From a virus, in IMG/VR virus record IMGVR_UViG_3300045988_128407, positions 78,035 through 142,034 of that record: a DNA stretch of 64,000 nucleotides; one strand, written 5' to 3'. The translations under genes were made by a program, and so were the position numbers. A model generated the notes under the pieces. That model was not told where the DNA came from and did no database searches. It saw nothing but the letters and a program-made list of their open reading frames with translations. Each line of letters opens with the position of its first letter. Positions within the stretch are counted from its first letter, which is position 1. Of this stretch, positions 1 to 10,656 are shown one piece after another.

Positions 1-1148
1 CTATAGCCAATGCCGAGAAAGCCAAGAAATTTAGAGACGAATACGGATTTTGGGGAGAAGATGCTGGTAAGTACGACCAAGGAAGTAAATCGGCATATAA
101 CTCATTTGCCGTAGATGACAAATTTGGGCAAACTACGGCAACCAGATCATTTTATGGATTGGATGTAGTTACTCCTGAACAAAAGAGATTGTTGAACGAA
201 AAAGGGATAAAGAATTATGTTGACTTATTTGGTGATAAATCTGATGCAGCTAAGAAGATTCTGGGTGCCGATTATAATAAGTTTGCTGCTTTAAAAGATA
301 GCGGTTTGATGTCAGAAACAGACTTTATTTTAGAAGCCGTAAATCCGGCATCAAAACCTATAGAAGCTGAACCTGTAGGAACCGGCGCTAAATCTCCCAA
401 CCCAGGTTCTCCAGGCAGGATAGAAGTGAAGAAAGAAAATCCTGTTGTTAATACTACTGTAGAAACGGAAGCCGAGGAAGAAGATGATACAAACGGAAGA
501 AAAGGTGTCAGTCCTGCTTTATCAGGCCCTATATTCCCTGAGATGTTGAGGATGCTTGATACTGGATTAGAGATAGAAGGCCTGGAAAGACATCAGGCTC
601 CGAGAATAGACCCGGTTCTTCAATCTGCTGATCAGTATATCAACGAGCTCAACCGTGCGACATCGGCTCAGTTAGACGCAGTAGGTGACGTGCCCGACTC
701 CCAGCGGGCTGCTATTCTGGCTAATATGAACGCCATAGCTGGAAGCAATATAGCCAAGTATGTTAATGAAGTAAATTTCAATAACGCAAGGCAAATAAAC
801 GAAGCTGATAGGTTTAATGAAATGGCTTATGTTCAGACAGACGATAAGAACATAGCGGAAAGGCAACGTTATGAATCCGGGTTATTGAAGGCTATGGCTA
901 TAAGGGATGAAAATCTTGCTCGTTATTATGATAGCATAAACAGCGAAATACAGAATAAGTTCAATGTTCGTACATCGTTGAATACCATAGCTTCCATAGC
1001 TCCGAATATGAGAATGCTTCCAAGTGGCCAAATTATTTACGTTCAAGGTAATCAGGATGTGATGAATATGGGTGATTATTCTACACCTTACTTGAGAAGT
1101 TTAAATGAAGAAGATGATGAAACTAAAAGAAGAAGGAGGACCAAATAG
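1..1148 (+). CDS. hypothetical structural/virion protein, 5' end outside window (frame open from nt 3; track start 159 is a TTG)
   Basis: Reading frame has no stop from nt 3 to TAG at 1146-1148; coiled-coil-like composition; stop overlaps next start (TAGtg). Confidence 0.5.
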   Translation, partial: IANAEKAKKFRDEYGFWGEDAGKYDQGSKSAYNSFAVDDKFGQTTATRSFYGLDVVTPEQKRLLNEKGIKNYVDLFGDKSDAAKKILGADYNKFAALKDSGLMSETDFILEAVNPASKPIEAEPVGTGAKSPNPGSPGRIEVKKENPVVNTTVETEAEEEDDTNGRKGVSPALSGPIFPEMLRMLDTGLEIEGLERHQAPRIDPVLQSADQYINELNRATSAQLDAVGDVPDSQRAAILANMNAIAGSNIAKYVNEVNFNNARQINEADRFNEMAYVQTDDKNIAERQRYESGLLKAMAIRDENLARYYDSINSEIQNKFNVRTSLNTIASIAPNMRMLPSGQIIYVQGNQDVMNMGDYSTPYLRSLNEEDDETKRRRRTK

Positions 1149-4100
1149 TGGCTTCACAGTATAGTATTTTAAGGCAATATGCCCCGTATGTTAGTCCTTA
1201 CAACATAGATCTTGTTAAGGACGTCATGATGTATAAACAGCAGAAGGTTGATGCTGCTCGTGAAAAGATCTATACCCAGGTAGATTATCTTATGGGTCAA
1301 GAGATAGATAAGCCTGAAGCCCGCGCTTATATGGAAGATAAGATGTCAGGTGTGATTGCTAACATCAATCAAAAATTCAAAGGCGTGGATCTTTCTTCTG
1401 ATGGTGTTACGAGAGCCATACAAGGAGAGATCAGTTCAGTGTTGGATGATACGGTCATTAACGCGATTGCCGGCACAAAAGAAGGCAAGAGGGTTATGAA
1501 GGAAATAGAATCTCTAAAACAGAATCATCCTGAACTTTATTCCCCTATTAATGAATGGCATGCTTTGGACCCTTATTACAAATGGAGGTCAGATGGTAAA
1601 GCAGGATCAAGGTTGGGAGGTCTTCATTATTCTCCTTATGTCGATTATACTAAGGAGATAAATAAGCTGGTCAGTGATTTTAGGAAAAACAACGAAGGCA
1701 AGAAGATTCAGACAACAGAATATGATGTTAAAGGTAATCCTACTGGTGGAATCATAGAAGTCAACGTAGATGAGCTTACTGATTCCCAGATAAGGAATTT
1801 TGTGTCTGCTAACTTATCTGAAAACATGAGGAATCAGATGAGAATAGAAGCATCATACATGGCAGCTACCAATCCGGTGTTCAGTAATCCGGATTTGGTT
1901 AGTCAATACATTGGGTCTTATGTCGAAAGATACGATAGGCATATAGGAGCATTGGAAGCGAAAAAGAAATCAGTAGGGGATAATAAAGATATTATTGATC
2001 GTATTGATAGTCAGATACAGGAAGCTAAAAATCAGAAAGCAGAAGCCAAGAGGGAGGCAGATATGATAATAGCTTCATCAGATCCGGTAGCGGCTGCTAA
2101 TTTTGTTGTTACCAATAATCTTTTCGATAAGATGGTTGATGCATGGAGATACGACAATACAAGTTTTGAAAGGAAGAAAGATGATCTTTATTTTGCAAGG
2201 TTGGCAGAGGATAGGGCTCAGCAAAAGTTTTTGACTGACAATGCCAAGTCTATGGTTGAAATATCATTGGCGAATGAGCAGCTTGCTCAGGCTAAGATTG
2301 AAACCGAATACATGCGTACTTACGGTTCCAAGATGGGCACTGAAAGCTCATCCGGAGGCACAAGAGGAGCAGGCGGTGTAGGAGTGCCGATGGCTCCTAT
2401 GGACGGGCCTACGGCTATCAATTCTGGAACGGGTAAGATAGGATCTGTTAATTTGGCTAATATCCCTTATGAACAACTCACATCTTCTTCCACAGAGCGT
2501 AGAGCAAATTTATTGAAATTATATAATTCATTATCTCCTACAGACAGAAGCAATATCGTTGCAGCATCATACGAAGAAGAAAAAACTGACCCAGGATTGT
2601 ATGCTAATATGACTCCTGAAGAACGGATATATTCTTATTTAAAAAATAATGGAGGTCAGAAAAACGGATATTTCGGACAAGGAAATAACAGATTGTCTGA
2701 AGCTTATGATGCTTTACTTCTTTCTGATTCTAAGGCAAATGGAGCTGCAAAGGCTATAAATAACATAACTGATTATCAAATAGATAATATAGTTACTAAA
2801 AAAAATAAGGATATTATCAGTAAAGTTCGTAATGCTAAGTTTATGAAAGGAAATTCTTTTATAAATCTTACCGATACAGATGACAAGGCTGGAGCCTTCC
2901 TACTCGCCACAGCCATAACAACTGGTGTATCTGATGCCGTAGGGTTCAGAGAATACATGATGGACCCTTCAAGAGGAATAGATATTCTTAGTGCTATATC
3001 TCCGTCATTAGGAGCTAAGGTGAGTGCCGGCAAGTTGGGGAAAAACATATCTGATGCTATTACAAGCGAGAATAATGGTTCTTCTACCGGTACATTGGCT
3101 CTTATTAATGGAATGAAGAAACTCAATGGCGATCCTGATTTTAATATATCTGATTATATGACCATAGATAAGGATGGTGATATAGATTTAAAAGATTATC
3201 AGGAAGGTGAACCATTGACTATTACCCAGCTAAGATATGCTGAAAAAAACAGTAGGGTGTCTGATATGATAGCAGGTCAGATGCAGGATGAGATAAAAAT
3301 GTCTGTATCTCCCGATCAGATTTCTGATAAGCTATCTCAGTATCATTACCTTGATTCTTACAAAAGATACAATTGGAATGCCGATTCACCGGAAAAGTCT
3401 TTGCAGAAGGCTCAGTTTAGAAGATTGTCCGGTTACATGGCAGGAAAGGTAGATAATCTGGATCCTACTGCTATTAATGCCATTAATATGGATGCCGAGA
3501 TAGATAATGGCACTGTTAGAAGATTCTTGACTGCTCAAGTAGGTTCCGGTAAAAATTCTTATGTTACAGAAAGAGTTGAGATTACGAATGACGAGCTTCT
3601 TAAGGCGGGTATAGATCCTTCGGTCGAGGAGCGCAATTATCCGGTAGATGGCTACAAATCAAGTTTTGAAACCTGTGATTTTGTAGATACCGGAAAGAAG
3701 GAAGGTTATTCTTATGATAAGTATCTTATACGTAATGGTCTTCCCCGTTTGGCTTCTAAGGCTGATGTTAAGAATGATCTTTATGATATAGTAAAGGTTC
3801 ATGGTTCTTACCTTAAGCCGGAAGAAATGAATGTTATTAAAACCCTTGTTGATAATTTTATTGACATGTCTGATAACATATCAGTTCAGTTGGAAGGAAT
3901 GGACGATAGGGGTTCGAGAGAGGTAGCGGTCAATTTCTATGACAAAAGGACTAAAAATTCTAAAAATCCTGCATTGTTGTTCTCGGATTTTGTTCCTTTG
4001 GATCCAGGTAATGATGAGTATGCGGATTACTGGAATAGCATTCACCAGAAGTGTCCTCAGTACTTCTTTGTAAAATACGTGAAGGAGGCTGTTCAAGAAC

Positions 4101-4207
4101 GTCTTGATCAGATGAGGGATCCGTATATGAGAGGAATAAATATCACGCCCAATATGAATGACAAGTTTAGTAAGTTGAACGATTTTTTGCAGAAAATTTA
4201 TGGCTGA
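1148..4207 (+). CDS. large virion/structural protein (1019 aa), GTG start
   Basis: Uninterrupted 1019-aa ORF; stop overlaps start of next giant ORF (ATGGCTGA); contains a DKDGD string (nt 3167-3181) of unknown significance. Confidence 0.55.
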   Translation: MASQYSILRQYAPYVSPYNIDLVKDVMMYKQQKVDAAREKIYTQVDYLMGQEIDKPEARAYMEDKMSGVIANINQKFKGVDLSSDGVTRAIQGEISSVLDDTVINAIAGTKEGKRVMKEIESLKQNHPELYSPINEWHALDPYYKWRSDGKAGSRLGGLHYSPYVDYTKEINKLVSDFRKNNEGKKIQTTEYDVKGNPTGGIIEVNVDELTDSQIRNFVSANLSENMRNQMRIEASYMAATNPVFSNPDLVSQYIGSYVERYDRHIGALEAKKKSVGDNKDIIDRIDSQIQEAKNQKAEAKREADMIIASSDPVAAANFVVTNNLFDKMVDAWRYDNTSFERKKDDLYFARLAEDRAQQKFLTDNAKSMVEISLANEQLAQAKIETEYMRTYGSKMGTESSSGGTRGAGGVGVPMAPMDGPTAINSGTGKIGSVNLANIPYEQLTSSSTERRANLLKLYNSLSPTDRSNIVAASYEEEKTDPGLYANMTPEERIYSYLKNNGGQKNGYFGQGNNRLSEAYDALLLSDSKANGAAKAINNITDYQIDNIVTKKNKDIISKVRNAKFMKGNSFINLTDTDDKAGAFLLATAITTGVSDAVGFREYMMDPSRGIDILSAISPSLGAKVSAGKLGKNISDAITSENNGSSTGTLALINGMKKLNGDPDFNISDYMTIDKDGDIDLKDYQEGEPLTITQLRYAEKNSRVSDMIAGQMQDEIKMSVSPDQISDKLSQYHYLDSYKRYNWNADSPEKSLQKAQFRRLSGYMAGKVDNLDPTAINAINMDAEIDNGTVRRFLTAQVGSGKNSYVTERVEITNDELLKAGIDPSVEERNYPVDGYKSSFETCDFVDTGKKEGYSYDKYLIRNGLPRLASKADVKNDLYDIVKVHGSYLKPEEMNVIKTLVDNFIDMSDNISVQLEGMDDRGSREVAVNFYDKRTKNSKNPALLFSDFVPLDPGNDEYADYWNSIHQKCPQYFFVKYVKEAVQERLDQMRDPYMRGINITPNMNDKFSKLNDFLQKIYG

Positions 4208-7200
4208 CAATAATATAGATAGATATAATCCTGCTGCTAAAACCACTTACGAAGATGTGGCAAGGCAAAGAAAATTAGCCGAAGAAGAGAATTATACTCC
4301 GGCTACACTACCAGAGACGACAACGCCTCTGGTTCCTAATTATATGCCTGGTGAAGGTGTGTATGCCCAACCTAAATTTCCGGATTACGCATCAAGGATA
4401 GCTGCTGCCGAATACGAAGAACCGTATATAGCCAAGGAGATAAGCAACAGCTACTCGGAGGCACTGGCTCGTAACAGCTACAGGGGGGCTACACCTGCCC
4501 CGCCGCCTCTTAATCCCTATGGACCAAAGGTAAGTATCCGTGAAAGTCATCAGATGGGTAATGATGGGGTATGGCGTACAAAATATCCCAACTATATTCC
4601 GGGTATAAACAATGAGGATTATTATGCCAGGAGACAGAGCGGATGGAGTAAGTTTTGGAATGGTGTGGGCAAATTCGCTTTAAAGTCTGCATTGTACGGT
4701 GCTCAAGGAGTTGTGTCATTGCCTGACAAACTTATCAATATGGCATCTGAGGGAAGTTACAAAGCTGCGTTAAACACTAACATGGATAAGTTTGTAGGTG
4801 ATCTTGACCAGCAAATAGACATGCTTCTTCCCCATTATTACAAGAAAGAGGTAGAAGATTATAATTTCGGTCAGAAGCTTTTTAAGGATACCGGTAATTT
4901 CTTATGGAATGATGTCCTTGGTAACGGAATGTCTTTTACCGTAGGAGCCATGATATCAGCGTACATGACCGGAGGACTTGGAGTTGGATCATTGGGCAAT
5001 ATAGGTGCTAAATTAGGTGGAAGAATCGGAGCTAAGTTGGCAGCAAGGCAAGCCGCCAATAGGGGCATAGGAAGCCTTAAAAGCGTGTTTAACGACTATG
5101 TAAGAAAAGGAGTTGCTACCGGAAGAAATGTAGGGGAGGCGGCTAAGACCATGACGTTGTTGGCTACCAGTGCCGGATTCGAGTCATCGGTTGAAGCAAA
5201 TTCTTTTATGAAGCAATCCGAGTCTGATTTCAAGGATTATTATCGTAAGATTTATGGTCGTGATCCCAATGCAGAGGAAATGGCTGTTTTTCGTAATTCT
5301 AATGCTGATGTAGGTAGTGCTATATTTGCCGCCAATATGGGTATAGTAGGATTATCTAACTGGCTTCTTTTTGGTAAGTATATAGGGTTAGGAGGCAAAG
5401 CTATACCAGGGTTGGAAAAGAAGCTCAACAAGCATTTATTTGGATTAGGGACGGAAGTTGCGAAGCCGGGAGAGATGGCTATTAAAATAACCAATCCCAA
5501 TATAGGACAGAAGATAGCAGGCAATGTTTTCAATATCATGAAAAGACCGGTATCTGAAGGCTTATGGGAAGAAGGATCTCAAGGTGCTGTCCAGAATACG
5601 GCTGAGGAATATGTTAAGTCAAGATATGATAATGTCGCCATGAACGGAGCCGTTGATGTTCTTGATGCTATTTCTGAAGGATTTAAAAAGCAATATACGT
5701 CTAAAGAAGGATGGACTGAAATAGGAATCGGTGCTATTATCGGTTCTTTGTTCGGTATGAGGGAAGGCTTCTTTGGGTTGAAAGAGTATAGCAATAGTCA
5801 GATCTTGCTGGAAAGGCAAGTGAATGAATACAACAAAGCATCTTCTAATCTTAACATGGCGGCTTTGAATACGTTGAAAAAATCAATGAGTTTAGGGCCT
5901 CAAGTTCGTTCCGATGCCCAGTCTATGACTGGTAAGGAGCTTGATGATGCTATGTTTGAAAAGATGTCTATTGACAACCAAATGGGAACCTTAGAGGATT
6001 CGGCTGAAAATTTCCGGCAGATGATTGATATGATGCCTATTTCGGAAATAGCCGAAGCTAATGGAATGTCTTTGGAAGAGGCAAAGAAATACAAGGACTC
6101 TATTATTGATAATTATAACAATCGTCTTTCGGATTTCAGATCTGCCCAGAGTTTTGCCGAAGATCTTATAGGTGATGATTCTAAGATTGAGTTTAGGAAA
6201 TACGTGGCTCGTAATGCTTTCCTTGGTCTTCAATCGGAATCAAGAATGAAAGACATAGCTTCTGTCATAGAAACGCTTTCAGGACAGCCTCGCGTGGCAG
6301 ATGCGCTAAGTACGTTCTCCCGGCTGTCGGACAGGGCAAGGGAGCGGGCGATGGCTATCCGTGGCATACGGTCAAGAATAGAAGAACTTGAATCCGAAAT
6401 AGAAGATCTTGCTACCCGCCCTCGTAACGTAGAAGGGAAAGATCCACAAGCTGAATACATACAACGAAAAACCAAAGAATTGGAAAGTCTTAGAACCAAT
6501 TACAACAATTCGTTGTCTGAGTTATCAACGTTAATAGGAAAAGAGTTTTCGATAGAAGAGTTGGTAAGTAAAACCGAATCTGTTTTATCATCTCCTCTTT
6601 CTCCCATAAGTTCACAAGATGTGATAGAAGCCTATGATACGCTTGTGGCTTTTGATGATTATTTTAATGTAAAATCAAGACAGGAAAAGAAGTTTACAGC
6701 CAAAGACAAAGCCATGAGATCCTTGGTAAATGAATACCGAAGGAGTTTGATGGGCTATAGGAATATGAATAACTTCTTGTCCAAGATGCTTGATAAAAGA
6801 TTCTTAGCTGAGGAAAACAGGGGATTTTCAAAAGCGCTGTCTTCTCTATGGTCTACTCCTTATAAGGGGGATGATAAGGTTCCTGATTTTGCAGAGCCTA
6901 ATAAAGTTGGTGAATATGATACTGATGAGGTAGTAGATCAAGCTGTGTCAGAAGGTAAGATTTCGGAAGACGAAGCTTGGACTATCAAGGCTTTTATGCA
7001 TGCTCTTGATAAAGTAAGGGAAGATAGGATGAAGGAAGCAGAAGATGATATAAAAGAGTCACCGCTTACGGAGTCTGTATCGGATGAAGATTATGAGGCT
7101 GCTATGGATAATCCTATTATGGTTCCGGCCGTAAGGCAGTCTATAATTGATAAACTATATACAGGCAATGCCGATCTTCTTACTGCGAGAGAAAAAGATG

Positions 7201-10200
7201 TGTATGATAAATACAAACAAGATTTTGATGATTATGTATCATCTTTGGGTGACAGTCCTGTTAATCTCATAAAATCATTATCTGAGAAGGCTGATAGGCT
7301 TACAAGTCCGAGATCTGTGTATGAGGATAATAAAGCTATTATTGATATGGCTAAATCCAATTTAGAACCAGATCAAAGGAAGGAACTTGATGATGCTATT
7401 TCTTCGTATGTTGATATAATGAACAGACGGGATAAAGGGGAGAAGGTTGACGAAGATAAGCTTGCCGATTCGGTATTTACCATAGAAGATCTTGGCCAGG
7501 TTGGAAACATCACAGATCTCCTTCCTTATATCGAACAAAACAGGATTATTGATAAAGGTCGTATTTCCGAATCTACGTTAAGTAATTTTGGGGAGGATGA
7601 TACCAATATAGATTCTCTTGTAAATGAGTTAGATGAATCCGATAATACGCCTGGAGCTAACATAGATAGCGCCCAGAATCCAGAGACGTTGATGGTTAGA
7701 AGAATATCCAACGATGGCAACGAAAGGTATGAAATTGCAGGTCTTAGAGCCGATAAATTTATATCTTCTATAAAATCATTGGTTCCTATTCAAATAAGCT
7801 CTGAAACGAACGCTAATGGCACTAAAAGGTATTCTCTTAATATAGGTGGAGAAACGGCTACTATAATTGAATTGCCTTATCATGCGAGATGGTCTATAGA
7901 CAAAGAATCGGCTCGTGTTCTTAACCGTTACACAGACGTGTCTATTCAGGACGTGGGTAATTCCTATTCTTTGGTTTATAAGCGTCTTGATTCAGATGAA
8001 TTGGTTCCGTACAGAACAGGTGTCGGATTCGGAGAGAATGAGGTAGATAAAATAGATCAGGAAGCATTATCTTCTTTGAAAAAAGGAGATAAGGTTAATC
8101 TCGAAATAGATGTAAATGATACCTATAATCAGTCTCTTTTTGCCGAATACAATGACGCTGTTCAGTCCGGCGATAAAAAAAGAATAGAATCTGCTGAGAA
8201 TAAACTGGTATCCAATATGGTTATCAAGGTCATGAGTGGGAACAGATTCGTTTCTGTTGTAAAAGCTGATACAGGAGGCATAGATGGTATAAGTAAAATA
8301 AGAAGAACGGCTTTTAACAAGTGGAAGAAGGACGCCGGCCGGTCGGCTACCATCGGCGTCGGCACGCATGTTGTTGCCCAGACCCTTCCCGGAAGACCGG
8401 TGTTTAACATGAAGGTGAACGGTCAAGGATATGGCCAGATAGAAAATCTCCCTATTACCGAAAAAGGTGCTGAAAAAGTATCTGATGTTGGATATGTATT
8501 AAATGGCAAAGTCGTGCTTAAGAACGGATCTAAATACACAGGCTTCCCATTTGCTTATTCTATATTAAATGACAAGGGGAATAATTACAAAAATGTAAGA
8601 GTTCCGGTAGTCGTCATCAAAGGTAAAAACGGTCTTAATTATCTTTTCCCAGTTAGCCTACGTTCTGTAGAATCAGAGGAAGGGCAGAAATGGATGTCTT
8701 TTATAGATATGCTGCTTGAATCTGGTGATTCTGAATTGCTACAGATGGGTCAAGATGACATACAAGATCTTAATGCGTATCTAACCAAGTTAGGTCTTGA
8801 TCCGGCTTCGTATCAAGTATCGTATTTGAATCCTATTTCAGGGCTTAGAAAAGCTCGTGAGGCTATAGAAAAATTATCTACGGTTCCTGATGTTGTTAAG
8901 TGGGTAGAAGATGAAAGCAGGAATGTGAAAGACATTGTGACGTCTGAAGTAGAATCTGGAATAGATTTCGAAGGTGAGATGTTTGTCGCTCCTAAGATCA
9001 GGATTCAGTTTGGCAAATCATCTTCCAGACCTAAATCGCTTATAGAGGATGATCTTCCTTTCTCTGATGAGGGTAAGACCGTTACTTCTAAGGTAGAAGA
9101 TGTGGAAGTTTATGAAGAGGAAATGCCAGAGGAAGGGGCTGCCCGGGAGACTCGGCCGGCGCCACCAGCCCAGCCGGCTCCTGCGGCACAAGCTACGCAG
9201 TCCTTACATGGCAAGAAGCGCACCTCCAGAAAAAACTTCTCTCTTATGTTAAACGAAATAGAATCTCATATAGAAAAAGAAGGATTGCCGTCTTATGCTA
9301 ATATTTTTGATTTTATAGCAAGGAAGATTGTAGGAGGTGATTTGAGGTTTCTTCGTGAGAGAGGTAATCCTAAAAGCCTTAAGGAAGAAATGGGATTAGA
9401 ACCTAAAGGAACAGTAGGTGATAAAATATCCACTCCTTCTAAAAAGGGAGGTAAGACCTTAGAAGAATATGTTTCTTGGCTTCGTTCTCAAACAGATCAG
9501 GTGGTGGTTGATTATGTTGGTCCAAGATCTGACGAACAAATTATATCAGAGTTGAAAAACTTTTTGAAATATATTAATTTTGTTCCAAGCAAGGCTTTGA
9601 ATTATTCTCTTAGAGTCAATGGCATGGATGCCCTAAAAGAATATGGCACAAAAGAGGAAGTAGAAAAAATGGAATCTGACATCAATAGTTTGGTTTCTGA
9701 AGTTTTGCCTACGGTAGATAATCAAACTGTAGAAGATGTTTCTACTGCAATAGAATTAAATAACCTGCCTGCCATATGGAGACCTATGGAAAGCCTTGAT
9801 ATGACAAACGAGGAAAAAATAGAGTTTTTGAATAACGTAGCAGATTTCCTTAGCGGCATTCCAGAGTATGATGCTGTTGTGGAGTCTATAGAGTCAGAAT
9901 CAGATAATATTTTAAATGATGGAAAAGAAGGAAGTGCAGAAGGCGGTGCAGTACGCGCTGAGGAAGATGGCGATAAAAAGGGAGATGGAGAAGGCAAAGG
10001 ACAATCCAGAACAAATGTCGAAGTTGAAAGAAATGTCGAATTACCTGGATCTACAAAAGGAGAAATAGAAAAAGACGAACCTCGTATATCCGAAGAGTCG
10101 CTTACTCACATATCAAGGGTAACAACCCCTTATTTCCTGTACGGCGGTGACGAAGCATATACATCTGTTCCGGCTAAGGTAGAACCTATACCGGAGAAGA

Positions 10201-10535
10201 TAATGGGTCGTAATGGCATTAAATTTGGTATGAGTGTAGTCGAGTTAACCAAATTAGGGTACAAAAAAGCTGGTGGAAATTGGATATATAAATTCTATAT
10301 GAACTCAGGTGTGTATGATTTGTATAATATCAGTACCGGTGAAGCGTTTAGGGCAAAACCGGATCTTGGAGTTAAGATAAGTTCCAGCGCATTCATCCGT
10401 TCTTTATCTCAATCTGGTAGAAAAATACAAAATATGATGAGTAATATGAGCCAGGAAGAGATAGATAGGAATAAGAATCTCGTAGAAGGTTCTGATAATT
10501 CGGATTCGATAAATGAGTTAAATAAGGAGTGTTGA
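4200..10535 (+). CDS. giant virion protein (2111 aa) with N-terminal glycine-zipper/TM-like segments; tape-measure-, ejection- or virion-RNAP-like candidate
   Basis: 2111-aa ORF; Gly-rich hydrophobic stretches (GGLGVGSLGNIGAKLGGRIGAKL, GIVGLSNWLLFGKYIGLGG); long acidic/coiled regions. Confidence 0.6.
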   Translation: MADNNIDRYNPAAKTTYEDVARQRKLAEEENYTPATLPETTTPLVPNYMPGEGVYAQPKFPDYASRIAAAEYEEPYIAKEISNSYSEALARNSYRGATPAPPPLNPYGPKVSIRESHQMGNDGVWRTKYPNYIPGINNEDYYARRQSGWSKFWNGVGKFALKSALYGAQGVVSLPDKLINMASEGSYKAALNTNMDKFVGDLDQQIDMLLPHYYKKEVEDYNFGQKLFKDTGNFLWNDVLGNGMSFTVGAMISAYMTGGLGVGSLGNIGAKLGGRIGAKLAARQAANRGIGSLKSVFNDYVRKGVATGRNVGEAAKTMTLLATSAGFESSVEANSFMKQSESDFKDYYRKIYGRDPNAEEMAVFRNSNADVGSAIFAANMGIVGLSNWLLFGKYIGLGGKAIPGLEKKLNKHLFGLGTEVAKPGEMAIKITNPNIGQKIAGNVFNIMKRPVSEGLWEEGSQGAVQNTAEEYVKSRYDNVAMNGAVDVLDAISEGFKKQYTSKEGWTEIGIGAIIGSLFGMREGFFGLKEYSNSQILLERQVNEYNKASSNLNMAALNTLKKSMSLGPQVRSDAQSMTGKELDDAMFEKMSIDNQMGTLEDSAENFRQMIDMMPISEIAEANGMSLEEAKKYKDSIIDNYNNRLSDFRSAQSFAEDLIGDDSKIEFRKYVARNAFLGLQSESRMKDIASVIETLSGQPRVADALSTFSRLSDRARERAMAIRGIRSRIEELESEIEDLATRPRNVEGKDPQAEYIQRKTKELESLRTNYNNSLSELSTLIGKEFSIEELVSKTESVLSSPLSPISSQDVIEAYDTLVAFDDYFNVKSRQEKKFTAKDKAMRSLVNEYRRSLMGYRNMNNFLSKMLDKRFLAEENRGFSKALSSLWSTPYKGDDKVPDFAEPNKVGEYDTDEVVDQAVSEGKISEDEAWTIKAFMHALDKVREDRMKEAEDDIKESPLTESVSDEDYEAAMDNPIMVPAVRQSIIDKLYTGNADLLTAREKDVYDKYKQDFDDYVSSLGDSPVNLIKSLSEKADRLTSPRSVYEDNKAIIDMAKSNLEPDQRKELDDAISSYVDIMNRRDKGEKVDEDKLADSVFTIEDLGQVGNITDLLPYIEQNRIIDKGRISESTLSNFGEDDTNIDSLVNELDESDNTPGANIDSAQNPETLMVRRISNDGNERYEIAGLRADKFISSIKSLVPIQISSETNANGTKRYSLNIGGETATIIELPYHARWSIDKESARVLNRYTDVSIQDVGNSYSLVYKRLDSDELVPYRTGVGFGENEVDKIDQEALSSLKKGDKVNLEIDVNDTYNQSLFAEYNDAVQSGDKKRIESAENKLVSNMVIKVMSGNRFVSVVKADTGGIDGISKIRRTAFNKWKKDAGRSATIGVGTHVVAQTLPGRPVFNMKVNGQGYGQIENLPITEKGAEKVSDVGYVLNGKVVLKNGSKYTGFPFAYSILNDKGNNYKNVRVPVVVIKGKNGLNYLFPVSLRSVESEEGQKWMSFIDMLLESGDSELLQMGQDDIQDLNAYLTKLGLDPASYQVSYLNPISGLRKAREAIEKLSTVPDVVKWVEDESRNVKDIVTSEVESGIDFEGEMFVAPKIRIQFGKSSSRPKSLIEDDLPFSDEGKTVTSKVEDVEVYEEEMPEEGAARETRPAPPAQPAPAAQATQSLHGKKRTSRKNFSLMLNEIESHIEKEGLPSYANIFDFIARKIVGGDLRFLRERGNPKSLKEEMGLEPKGTVGDKISTPSKKGGKTLEEYVSWLRSQTDQVVVDYVGPRSDEQIISELKNFLKYINFVPSKALNYSLRVNGMDALKEYGTKEEVEKMESDINSLVSEVLPTVDNQTVEDVSTAIELNNLPAIWRPMESLDMTNEEKIEFLNNVADFLSGIPEYDAVVESIESESDNILNDGKEGSAEGGAVRAEEDGDKKGDGEGKGQSRTNVEVERNVELPGSTKGEIEKDEPRISEESLTHISRVTTPYFLYGGDEAYTSVPAKVEPIPEKIMGRNGIKFGMSVVELTKLGYKKAGGNWIYKFYMNSGVYDLYNISTGEAFRAKPDLGVKISSSAFIRSLSQSGRKIQNMMSNMSQEEIDRNKNLVEGSDNSDSINELNKEC

Positions 10536-10537
10536 GT

Positions 10538-10615
10538 ATGAGAAGGAGATTTTTTAAAGGCTTGGAGGAAAAAGACCTTATGTATGTCAGTTTAATAAAA
10601 TTCATATACATATAG
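10538..10615 (+). CDS. tiny ORF MRRRFFKGLEEKDLMYVSLIKFIYI (copy 1 of repeated MRRRF leader motif); may be regulatory rather than coding
   Basis: ATG 2 nt after stop of 2111-aa gene; DNA motif ATGAGAAGGAGATTT repeated at 28859 and 29482. Confidence 0.15.
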   Translation: MRRRFFKGLEEKDLMYVSLIKFIYI

Positions 10616-10656
10616 GACCTGTATTAAAAGATCATGATTCTGATGTTAGTTACATA

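Noticed and set aside
2776-3126. Antisense ORFs inside the giant genes and the low-complexity gene (for example 2776-3126, 5252-5539, 15144-15863, 15853-16428, 17087-17638, 26290-26745)
   Set aside because: They lie entirely within much longer same-locus ORFs on the strand shared by all neighbours. They arise from codon-biased or low-complexity sequence and have no independent start context.
10538-10615. Reading the MRRRF(F)K peptides as twin-arginine (Tat) signal peptides
   Set aside because: The ORFs are only 18-25 aa and lack a hydrophobic h-region and cleavage site. In copy 3 the body protein that follows is not signal-peptide-like.
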